A stretch of DNA of 56,437 nucleotides, filler included, from Sphacelaria rigidula (lineage: Eukaryota), in NCBI GenBank assembly GCA_964200075.2. It is 6 parts of 6 records of this genome, joined end to end, with 100 filler letters (N's around TTAATTAATTAA, not from the genome) between each part and the next. Parts side by side here need not be neighbours in the genome. Positions count along the whole stretch, not along the records: positions 37,693 to 47,015 come from CAXNAA020008751.1; positions 47,116 to 56,437 come from CAXNAA020008752.1; 4 more parts are not named here. One strand, written 5' to 3'. Below the pieces are notes generated by a model, which worked only from the letters and a program-made list of their open reading frames with translations, was not told the DNA's origin and searched no databases. Positions 46,301 through 56,437 of this stretch are shown here, piece by piece; within the stretch, counting starts at the first letter, position 1, and every line of letters begins with the position of its first letter. The translations under genes and the position numbers were made by a program.

Positions 46301-47138
46301 ATGGTGACGTCGAAAAGATATAATAGCAACAGAACAACACAAACCTGCGTATACGTTGCATGTGTTTTTGGTAGAGAAAACCGTACAGCATACACCACAG
46401 ACCCACGCATTTGTACAACACAGAAATCCCTACGTACCGTCTTCATGGGCATGCGGAGGCAAGAATTATACACGTCGAATTTGACTCGAAATCAGCTTCT
46501 TTGTTCAAGTGGAATTAAGGGAGGGGAAACCAGCTTCATCGCCCGGTGGGACGCAGTATGTCCGTTGACATACGAAGATGCCATACATACACGATGCCAA
46601 CTATTGATTATATTTTCCCGCTTCTCGCTCAAATTTGGTCTGTCAGAAAACATTCATCATCACGTGCACTTTGTGCATACGCACAGGAAGATGCCATGCA
46701 TGAAAAGCTCCATGTGGAATTCCCACAAATCCCACTCTTGGCGGGTATTAATCCCCAGCTTGTCGTTACCGCCCCCTCCAAAATACGGCCGATTCTAAAA
46801 AAACAGCACAGTTAATCGCAATCGATCCTCTTCGAACATATATTTTCGGGCTCACTGATATGTGGCGGATCTTCATTCCGCAGAAACGAATGTCCCCTAT
46901 TCCACCCAGCACCACTTTTACTTGGCGGATTCTTGTGCCTAGAGTGATGCTACGGTGGGGGGTGTACTCATGATCATGCATGATATAGGCATAAGACCAT
47001 TGATCTCGCATCCCTNNNNNNNNNNNNNNNNNNNNNNNNNNNNNNNNNNNNNNNNNNNNTTAATTAATTAANNNNNNNNNNNNNNNNNNNNNNNNNNNNN
47101 NNNNNNNNNNNNNNNGCGTGTGGCCGGGAGGGGGCGGG

Positions 47139-47181
<43 letters not shown>

Positions 47182-48630
47182 CAATTGCACGAGAAACAGT
47201 CTCTTAGTTGTGTCAGACGACCTGACGCACTCGCTGTGCGCTTGTATTTGGGTAAAAACAGCGTCCAGCAGTATGAACAAGCGTTCTACATCTATAACAA
47301 GCTCGTTCGAACAGCCGTCGCTGCTTTCAACGACGAGTTGACTTGGAATTTCGTGCGAGAAATGGCTCACCCCCCCCCCCCTCCTATCGTAGGATGACTC
47401 CGTCTTGAAATGACTTCTTCTCAATACAGCGTAAAATGCACTGATTTTGTCAAGTGTCAAATAGTAATTACGGCGAGCACGATGGGCCCGATTTGAGTGG
47501 AGGTGACCACAGGTCGAATGAGCTTCATCATCTCTTGCTCTAGGGAGCATCCCTAGTCATCGCGCATAAGGTGTCGCCAAGTGCGTAAATCGTTTTAGTC
47601 TACACGGCGTCAGCGGCAGGTTGACGATTCACGGAACGAGGGCAGGTACTTGGAAAAATCGCAAACAGAAAGGGATTACAGGGGAGACTACGGTTCCAGT
47701 TGTAACGCGTTGCCCATAAATATCAGAATCTCTTCTTTCAGATCAGAGCCCTTTACATCTTTCTCGAAGTTTAAACTGCGCTGTCTTATATGGTTGATTC
47801 ACCCCAATCAAACGTTGGAGCTCTCACTGGGAGGAACAGTACGGCGTTTTCTATTGTGCCAACTCGAAGATATGCAGCAACGTTACAAGAGTCTCTCAAG
47901 ATTGGCCGATCAGTTGAAGCGATCACGTGCCTTTCGATTCCTCGCCTTAAAAAACTGGCGGATTACTGCTAGAAAATTTGGCGGATCGTATTCGGATTGA
48001 TTGATGTGATCGGTTGTCGTACTTTAACTGACCCCCCCGGGTTTCATTCGTGGTCACATGATGGACAAACCCGAGAAAAAAACTGAAACAGTCGCTGAAG
48101 AAATTCGGATAAAATCCATCACGAGTTGCACGTCGTTACTCCAGGGTTTTGGAATTTCTCTCATCCGAGGTTTCTGTTTCTGCACATGCTTGAGCGTGGG
48201 AGAGTACCACGAGAGGCTGGCCGCTGCATTGATTCACACCTCACTAGGGGGGTGATGCTTCATGCGTAGTTTTGCCCGGGGATCTGTTTTCTCTCGACTT
48301 TCTACGATGGGTCTGAATCGAAGGGCTGATGCGATGGTTGTACAAGTAGTTTTCATCGAAATCGTCAAATACGAGATTTCAGCACTGCGCATATATACAT
48401 GTACGTACAAACCATTCGGGACGGGCGCTGCCGCCCCGGTTCCATCCGTCTTCTTGGAGGATCACGGTATCCTTGCCTTGCCAAGCCCTCGTGAGGAATG
48501 GGCCCCGGTCGCAATTTGATGTTGAGTGCGGAAGGAAGAAGAAGCGGGAGAGTCGCGGAATGCGGGTTGAACAATAAGGAAAAGTCGATGGACAGGAGGT
48601 TGCAGCAGGACTGAGAAAGACGACCACCGT

Positions 48631-50799
48631 CGGAATTTCCAGGGGTCTGAACGTTATATGTGCCACAGCGTTACACGTTACGTTCACGTCACGTTTTCCC
48701 CGAACCGTATCGTGAACGTTTTATTTTTTCCACGTGATGAACGTAACGTAAACGGAAGATTGATTTTTCAAATGACACATCAACGTAACGTTAATGCTTT
48801 GCACGTGACATACGTAACGTAACGTACATGTTAAATTGCTCAAACGTTTAAATCACGGGATGCGAAACGTTTAATGTAACGTATAACGTCTATTACAGGT
48901 TTCACGTGCATTAGACGTTACACGTTACATGTTACACGTTACATGAAACGTCATGAACACGTCACATGAAGTAGTGAAGCTTCAAGTTTACAATGAATTT
49001 TTATAATCCTGAAAGATTGTGCTTCAATAACCACGGGTTAGTGTGAATGACCATGGTACAGGTATGGTACTATTGCAGCGATTTCGCGCTCTCCGCTCTC
49101 CCCACCACACCTCACATTCCAAGTCATCGTTGTTGCACTGCATTATATCGTCATAATCATCTCGACCACATTCAAGGTAACTTCTTATATATATAAAAAA
49201 ACACGTTGTCAGAAAAGCAGTTTTTCAACGGCGCGATTTTCCATATAATGTTTCAAAGTAGCACTTCTCACGTGATCGACGCACTGTCCAAATTGGAAAC
49301 GCAGTGTTCATCGTTTTTTATGAGGTGTGCCAGGGAGCAGCGCTGGGTGTGCAGGCATAATTTCAAATTGTGGAGCATGAGAGAGAGACGCAGCACTCTG
49401 CTGTCGTGTCGTGGTGTACGCTCCGTACTGACTGCCTGTACTACTGTGATATATTGCCTGAGCAGTACATGGTGGGCTGCGTGACGCAAGACGATCAATA
49501 CGAACACCGCCTTGCTGTATACGTTCTGATTGTAGAAGTGACGGTTGTGCTTTTTCACTGCACCGTGTACGGTAGTGCTTGACTAAAAGGAAAGCACGGA
49601 CAACAGTACACACAACAGTACTGTATTGTATGCATTGGCTGTAGTGATGGCTTGGCTGCCATGACCACTACTGTCGCAGGTGCTCGCGGGCAGTCAGCGC
49701 GTTGCGTTTTAGTCCTTCGCTCGCCAGAAGCGTGATGGCCCTTACCCACATGAGAACAGAACAGGGCAGGGTGAATGACGAGTGCTGTACAGACACTCTT
49801 TATGTAGTTTGCACAGTATTGTAACTCAGTTCAGGTCTTTGCATGCAGCGTGTTGCAAAGAGACAATCGAACACAGTACAGACTCTGCCCAAGCACCCAA
49901 GCCCTGTAGACACTACAGCAGCAGTAGCACTGCTTATGCAGTGGTCTTGTGTGTACAGTCAGTGCGATCTTGTCTCTACAAGTCTGGGTTCGTGGGCAGT
50001 TTGTACTGGATTGCGAGCGCTGTTCGCAACATGCTGCATACACAGGCCTGAACTGCGAGCTACAACACTGTTTGTGCAGACTACATATAGAGTGTACAGC
50101 ACTCGTCATCGACCCTACCCCGTGCTGTTCTCATGGGGTAAAGGACCACCACGATACTGGCGAGCGGAGGACAATCGAGCAACACGCTGACCGCCCGCAA
50201 GCACCAGCGAAAGCGGTGGTGATGGCAGCCAAGCCACCATGGCTGCTGTCGTGGGCGGGAGGGTGTGTTGGCGTGCGGCGGGATTCCAGACTCGTTTTCA
50301 ATAGCATTTGATAGCCCAAAGCTATCAGAAAATCCTAGATTTCTGATATATTTGGGCTATCAGAAAATGTTATCAGGAAACGCGAGTTTTATAGACGTTT
50401 TGAAACACATAACAAGTAGCCGACGGGTCACCGTCAGCGCCACGTACACGGTAACATCACACGTTACACGACATGTTACAACGCCATACTTTCTGGTTGA
50501 TGAGCCGCGACATGCACAGAATGAAACGTTACATTCGAGCCTTACACATGTCAACATAAAGTTATGTTAGACATTACACGTGGCATTGAAACGTTTCGTA
50601 GTACGTTACATGTAACGGAAGGTAACGTTGTGCTTTTTTACGTGATAAACGTAACGTTGAGTTTCCGAATGAAACGTTAATGTAACCTTAAAATTTGTTT
50701 AGCGTGACACACGTAACGTAACGTGAACGTTAAAAAATATTTACGTGATGGATGTAACTTGAACGTGAACGTGTGACGTGTAGACCCCTGGAAATTCCG
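48631..50799. mobile_element. Non-autonomous TIR DNA transposon (~2.17 kb, hAT-like) with ACGT-rich subterminal arrays
   Basis: cggaatttccaggggtct pairs with agacccctggaaattccg. gtaacgt/acgttac arrays at 48650-48970 and 50440-50780. Confidence 0.85.
49648..50236. repeat. Large diverged inverted repeat nested in the 48631-50799 element
   Basis: ggcttggctgccat..cttaccccatgagaacag..atgacgagtgctgtaca pairs with tgtacagcactcgtcat..ctgttctcatggggtaa..atggcagccaagcc. Confidence 0.85.
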
Positions 50800-52000
50800 C
50801 AGCACCGATGGCCTTGAGGATATCGCGTTGACAGAGAAGACGACGTTGCTAGCTGAAATTGAAAAAAGATAACATGATGGATGAGAAACAAATGTGCGAT
50901 ACGAGTAAAAGGACCACCAGGATGAAAAGTGAGAGAAAGTGCGACGACTGCAGCGGAAGGGTAATAGTGTAATAGAAAAGACGTCTAGGAAATGAGTAAG
51001 TGTGGAGAGTAGAGAAGGGAGGCGCGTGGTGATTGCGCGAAGTAGAAGTGGATGGATGTGGTGACAAACGTAGGAGATCAGTGCGCTTGTCGACCATTGC
51101 AGTCAACTATGGATATCGATAGAGTGTGATGAAAATCACGTAAAAAACAAACGAAGAATGAAATTTGTCCGGCGAAAACGGCGCGTGGTGATTGCGCGAA
51201 GCCGAAGTGATGTTGGATGTCGAGACGAAGTACTCGGAGAGTTGAAGTGGCGGTGAAGTCGGCGCGGTAACGGGGAGATAGATGAGAAGGGGATGGAGAT
51301 GGGAAAGTCAGAGGAGGCCAAGAACATTCGTGACGATGACGAATTATGGGAAAAGAGTACGAGTAGTGATCCTCTTCAGCATTTTTATTATATGAAAGAT
51401 AGAGAGTGTAAAAAACAAAACATGGATGAAATGAAGTGAACAACCGACGCTGTACCCAGAATGTTCACGGTATGAACTGTTCGGTGATTTCCCGGTGAGG
51501 GTGCCGGTATCATCAACAGGCGCTCACCGACAAACATATATCGTTTAACGTGCTTGATGATCCTATCACGCTGCCCGATGCGTAATGGGAACTCTGGAAA
51601 ATCGTCGGTGTACCCCCTCGTGTACTAATACCGCCGTTCAACCTCAATGTTTGACAGTGTGTTCTCTTTGATATTCGTCGCCCGCGATACAACAACAGCA
51701 TCCACCCTATATTAAACCCTTCGTTCCTGCTAATTTATTCTGTGCGCCATCGGGGTTGGCGGAATAATACGTTTGATATAGTTCCTCCGGAATCGATGGG
51801 AACATCCCCCCTGTGCGGTGACCACTGCTCATTGAAGCTTGATGGGGCCCGGAAAGACAGAACGCGTGGACATCGAGCTCGGGGAAGTATCCCGTGTGGG
51901 ACATGTCAAGGGCAACCTCGGGAAAATTGTCCGTATATCCCTCCCACGTCCCATTACCGCCGTTCAACCTGACAGTTCGACACTATAACGCCTTCAACAC

Positions 52001-52406
52001 ACAATTCTTTAATATGAGGTTCATCGATTAAATGAGGTTCGAGCCCAAAACAGTACTTTCTCCACACTTCCAGCGATGGTGCCCGATGTCTTTCTTGTCG
52101 GCCTAAAGCCCCCGGATTGCGTCGATACCTTTTCAGCGCATTTTACCGACTCTGTGAGCTTACAGCGCTGACCGAAACCGCTGTTTTCCCTGATATCACT
52201 CCCCCCTGAAAAATAAGTAGAAATGGCGGTTTCGGACAGCGCTGTAAGCTCACAGAGTCGATAAAATGCGCTGAAAAATTATCGACGCTACCGAGGGGCA
52301 TCAGGCTGACAAAAACGTCATTGGGCACCATCGCTGAACGTGTGGAGGAAGTACTGTTTTGGGCTCGAACCTCATTTAATTGATGAACCTCATTTTATAG
52401 AACTGT
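52001..52406. mobile_element. ~400-nt foldback MITE
   Basis: ~185-nt arms, e.g. atgaggttcatc.attaaatgaggttcgagcccaaaacagtactt and its reverse complement. Confidence 0.88.
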
Positions 52407-52561
52407 CTGTTTTTTTATGTTTCTCGCCCCCCCCACAGCAATGTCCATCCTATATTTAGCCACTCGTTAGTGTTGAATTTTCCTGTGCACGATCGGGGTT
52501 GCCGGGAAACATTGTTGAATAATCTTCGCACCATTGGGGGGGGAAGGTGGGGGAGGGGGAG

Positions 52562-53225
52562 CGTACTTATGTGTTGCTTGCCTTAGTCGTTTAACCATTG
52601 CCCACGCATCCCTTTCGAAACGGAGCACCGTTCCTACTCCTGGCAGTGACGTCAAACATTCCGGCGCTCCTTACGTTTCTTCTGTACTTTACACAAAAAC
52701 CTTTTACATATCTTATCCCCCTCCTTTTTCGCCGTCTCTGGCCACCATCTATCTCCTAGTCTAACCATCGTGTCCTCCCTACTGTCTAATGCATCAAAGG
52801 AATTCATGCCACCTTCGTTCACGTCCTGCATTTTCCCCTCTAGCGCGTCCCGTTCCTCCTTGTATGGTTTACATTCTGTCTGCAACTATATGACTTCTGT
52901 TCTCTATTATTTTGCCACAGAGGCAGTTCTGTTCATCTACTTCGTCGTCCTTTCGACATCTGGTATTTCTCTCTCGTCTTTCTGGCAGGTTCAGGTCCCC
53001 CACCCGAAATCGCAGTTTCTATTTCATCGCCGCATCCATGGAACCATGCATATATGTTTTCGTTCCGATCCTCTCTCTCAACCACCCGTATATCTCCAGG
53101 TGTTCTTCCTCGTCTACCTCGCGTCTGGGCGCTCCTTTCCCCCCTATTTCTATCATGTCTCTTAGTTTCGTCTGGTACCCCGCGCCTTCATCTATGGACA
53201 GTATTTTGTCTTGGTTTCCTCCTAT
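52562..53225 (-). mobile_element. LINE family A 3' ~660-nt fragment
   Basis: Reverse complement of 32650-33317 (LGDRWWPETAKKEGDKICKRFLCKV). Abuts a G-rich run. Confidence 0.9.
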
Positions 53226-53616
53226 TTCCTACAGTCGTGGAGAAACTATTGGCTCTGGTTCGTATTGTAAAATACAAGGAGACAATCTATTTATGTGACA
53301 AGTGGATTTGAACTATTTATTCTGTGGTTTGGGTCCGGTCGGTTGTTACTGCGCAGCAGTGCATTGCAACCTGGCACACACGACGTGAGCCTCTGTTCGT
53401 GAGAACATATCAAACACTATATTCGTGAGATTCAGAGGGTAGTTTCAGATTCAGAGTGGATGCTCTAGCGTTCTTATAGGCAACGTTTTTTGTCTTTCTG
53501 CTTGAGCGCACGTGCTGTGCATGCAGCTACCGTACAGTACCCCATTCGAGGAATTCGGCGGTCTGGTTGGTGAGATACCGCCCAAAGCAGTTTTACGCCT
53601 GGGGAGCATTTTGGAA

Positions 53617-53724
53617 CTGAAACTTGTGACGGTTTAAGAGATAACCAACTAGACTACTGACCAGTCAGCGCTGACTGGTCAGTAGTCTAGTTGATTATCT
53701 CTAAAACCGTCACTACTGTTTCAG
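53617..53724. repeat. Near-perfect palindrome (~100 nt)
   Basis: gtgacggttt.agagataa.caactagactactgaccagtcagc|gctgactggtcagtagtctagttg.ttatctct.aaaccgtcac. Confidence 0.9.
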
Positions 53725-55723
53725 GCACTAATCGGTTTTTCCTCAAAGAGGGGATCTTTTGTTGCAATGGACGGACTTCGTCGTTGCGATCAAGTGATGC
53801 GTCAAATTGATTGTGTGGGTGACAGCTTTCATTGAAGCCACCGCTTCACCAGCTTGGCGCATTACTCCTCGAACTGTGGCGATGTCAAAATCGACGGGAA
53901 AGTCGATTGTTTCGGGTCTGACTCTGAATCTGAAAATGCCCTCTGAAACTCACGAATGTAGCGTTATCAGGGCAAATGTGGACTGAGGCTGCCTCTTCCA
54001 AGGCGATTAGCCATAAGTCCATAATAGTGGACGTACGAGAAGGTCGGAAAGGGCGCTGGAACCCTCTCGGAAAAGCACAGAAACGCCTTTCGAAATGTGA
54101 CAATCGGCAAAGTCTCGAAGTACTCGTGCTACTATTATTGTACCCTGGGGAAAATGGCGCTGAATCGCCTGACAAATGTTTTGGAGAAATTATGTTGATA
54201 CCTTTGATGAAGTTTCGCTTGAATTTTCGCGCCACGATTTTGTGACCCATTCTGATCGCACATCAGTTACATGCCGATACAGTACAGTTGGTGGTTCTTC
54301 TTGTATCACCAGAGTTTCTTCACTGCCAAAGCCGATCCACATCCCGCAACAACATTCACCATCCAAACAAATGGTCAGTAGCATCTGAGACGGAAGCAAA
54401 CACCACCAGCAAGTAGAAATTCCGCAAATCATTCGCTTCATTTTCAGAGGAAAAATCACGCCAAACGTTGTCACGAGCAACAGTAGAACGATCTATAGTA
54501 CTCCACCTGTTCCCAATATCAAATGAGTATAGATAGGTCATGTGTTCGATCAGCACCAAATCAAGTTGGACGATGAAAACATAAAACAACATGTTTGTGA
54601 TATTAGGTGGGTTTGTTTCCGGAAGGGAAGGGCTTTCGTGATTTACACCAACGAGGTCGAATCGTCCGAAACGGCCGTCACCCCGCTGAAAGCCCGTTAT
54701 ATGACGGGAATCGTGGTGTGAGATAATTTGAAATAGACTTGGTCAGTACAGAGTTATATATGGAAGAATGTGTTCAAATAAGGGGGGAAAACAAATGCAC
54801 ATTTCAGCCGTATCTCATTGAAGGCACCACCGCGATTTAAGATCTGATTGCGCTGAACTCCCTTCAGATCACGGGCCTTCAGGAGGGTGACGGTCGTTTC
54901 GCGCGAATAGACTGCGTTCTTGTTATAAATGACGAAAAACATCCCGTTCCAAAAGCAAACTCCGTTCTGAACCTCGAAAACATGTTATCATAGCCAGATG
55001 ACCAACCTACCCTCGCAGTCAACGGGTTGAACGATTCCGTTCCAGCTTTGGTTGGTGGCTGAACTCCTTGTACATATATCGAAACGTATGCCCCATGTGT
55101 TCGGCACCAAATCACAGCTGCTTCGGGGTACTTGAAAAAACAAAATGCCCTTCGTGACGAAGAAAATGACTGGCGGATAACATCATTTGATTCAACGCGA
55201 CAAATTTCATTCTCTGGCTATTAGATGTTCGAACATAGCACACCACTACACTATTTGCAACTGCGTGTGTACTGTAGTACTGTTCCATTTTTGCTTCATC
55301 TCGCTGAACGACTCTTTTACTGTCTCCAAGAGCGCAGTGGCCAAAGCTTGCTTGGTGCGCTCGGATATAGATGCGTGGATATACGAAACCATGCTTTCGT
55401 GAGATTGAGAGTAGAGGATGCGATTGAGAGTGAAAAACGGTCAATCGGTGCATGATTTGTTTCAGTTGCGAAATGCCCGTACACGGGGCCCAACATGCCT
55501 TCTGTAGTAGCTTGGCACTGAGGCCCATGATATCCCCGAGTAGGATATCGACGTGTAGCTGCAAGCACACGCCCGCCAGTGATAAAGGGAAAGAACATCA
55601 CACACGGAATGAATAGTTGGCTAAGTTGAAGCGATTGATCAAATCTACTCTCAATCAGCGCTCTACTCTCAAAATCACGAAAATGTTCGTACGAGTAGTG
55701 TGCTGGTGCATGTTTCGTGTCAA

Positions 55724-56263
55724 CCCTTAGACCGCGATGGGGGTAGTCCATCTGAATAACGCATACTTTTTCAAGTTTAAATGATGCCGATTCAGCAAGT
55801 GACCTACTCTCGCGGTCAAAGGGCTATCTCTTTTGGGACCGGATTCCCAGAAAAATGTAAAGTTTGCACTCAGGGGCCTTTTTGTGAATCGGTATCATTT
55901 TCACTCGTTTTCAAGCAAAAGCTTTGCTGGTTCACGGAAAGGTCGCTGCGTGCAAACCGCATGCTTCTGAGCATCCAGTCCCCCAAGGGTTAATAATGGG
56001 AAAAAATCTGACGCTGTAACCGCCACCCTAAATGATACATCATTTATTGAACCGTCAATGGTCCAGATGGCCTACCCTGGCGGTCAAAGGGTTAACCCTC
56101 AGACTGCGATGCGGCTAATCCATCTGGATCACGCATACTTTCCCCAATGAAATTGATGCCGATTCAGCAGGTGACCGGGTCGGTTATCGGAATCAAGCGT
56201 TCTTTCTCAAGTGACATTGATGCCATTTCAACAGAGGACCTACTCTCGCCGTCAAAGGGTTAA
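55724..56263. mobile_element. Cluster of piggyBac-like MITEs (55724-55823; right end at 56091; 56096-56259)
   Basis: CCCT...GACCGC / GCGGTCAAAGGG termini with TTAA at 56092-56095 and 56260-56263. Confidence 0.7.
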
Positions 56264-56437
56264 CCGCGTGACCGCGGCTGTTGTTCATCATGGGTCATAT
56301 ACAGTCATACAAGGCGGTATAAACAGTGTTTTCGTGAGATTGAGAGTAGATGATACGGTTGAGAGTGAGATATCGACGTGTAGCTGTAAGCACACGCAAG
56401 TGATGGAGGTAAAAAAAAGCACACGTGGAATTAAAAA

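Noticed and set aside
47185-47397. 70-aa ORF as an exon
   Set aside because: No homology recognised and no convincing donor or partner exons.
53885-54592. Overlapping minus-strand ORFs as a gene
   Set aside because: Fragmented, with no recognisable motif or splice chain.

Overview
Eukaryotic, intron-rich nuclear DNA, most likely from a brown alga (Phaeophyceae). This is an inference from long GT-AG introns, short exons, a bipartite plastid-targeting presequence and the repeat style. The window is not one locus. It is six contigs of near-identical length (1-9323, 9424-18746, 18847-28169, 28270-37592, 37693-47015, 47116-56437) joined by 100-nt N/TTAATTAATTAA/N linkers, so neighbourhood across linkers is meaningless. 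Genes were spliced by hand and checked for phase: a partial CHD6-9/Kismet-type chromatin remodeller (8 exons), an unidentified 6-exon gene 3' end, a complete 5-exon FAM98 gene head-to-head with a putative plastid-targeted gene, five internal Nup205-like exons and one orphan exon. Mobile DNA includes a decayed 2.2-kb LINE with many 3'-end copies, a related short repeat, an intron-rich Sola-like DDD transposase pseudogene, hAT- and piggyBac-like non-autonomous elements, MITEs/hairpins and a tRNA-derived SINE. The most interesting signal is a pair of related non-LTR retroelement families with no poly(A) tail. They end in GAGTAC(G/A) and insert at the edge of poly(C) runs, with ~12-18-bp TSDs that copy the C-run. 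Some copies are truncated to 12-30 nt. Most ORF-track entries are spurious.
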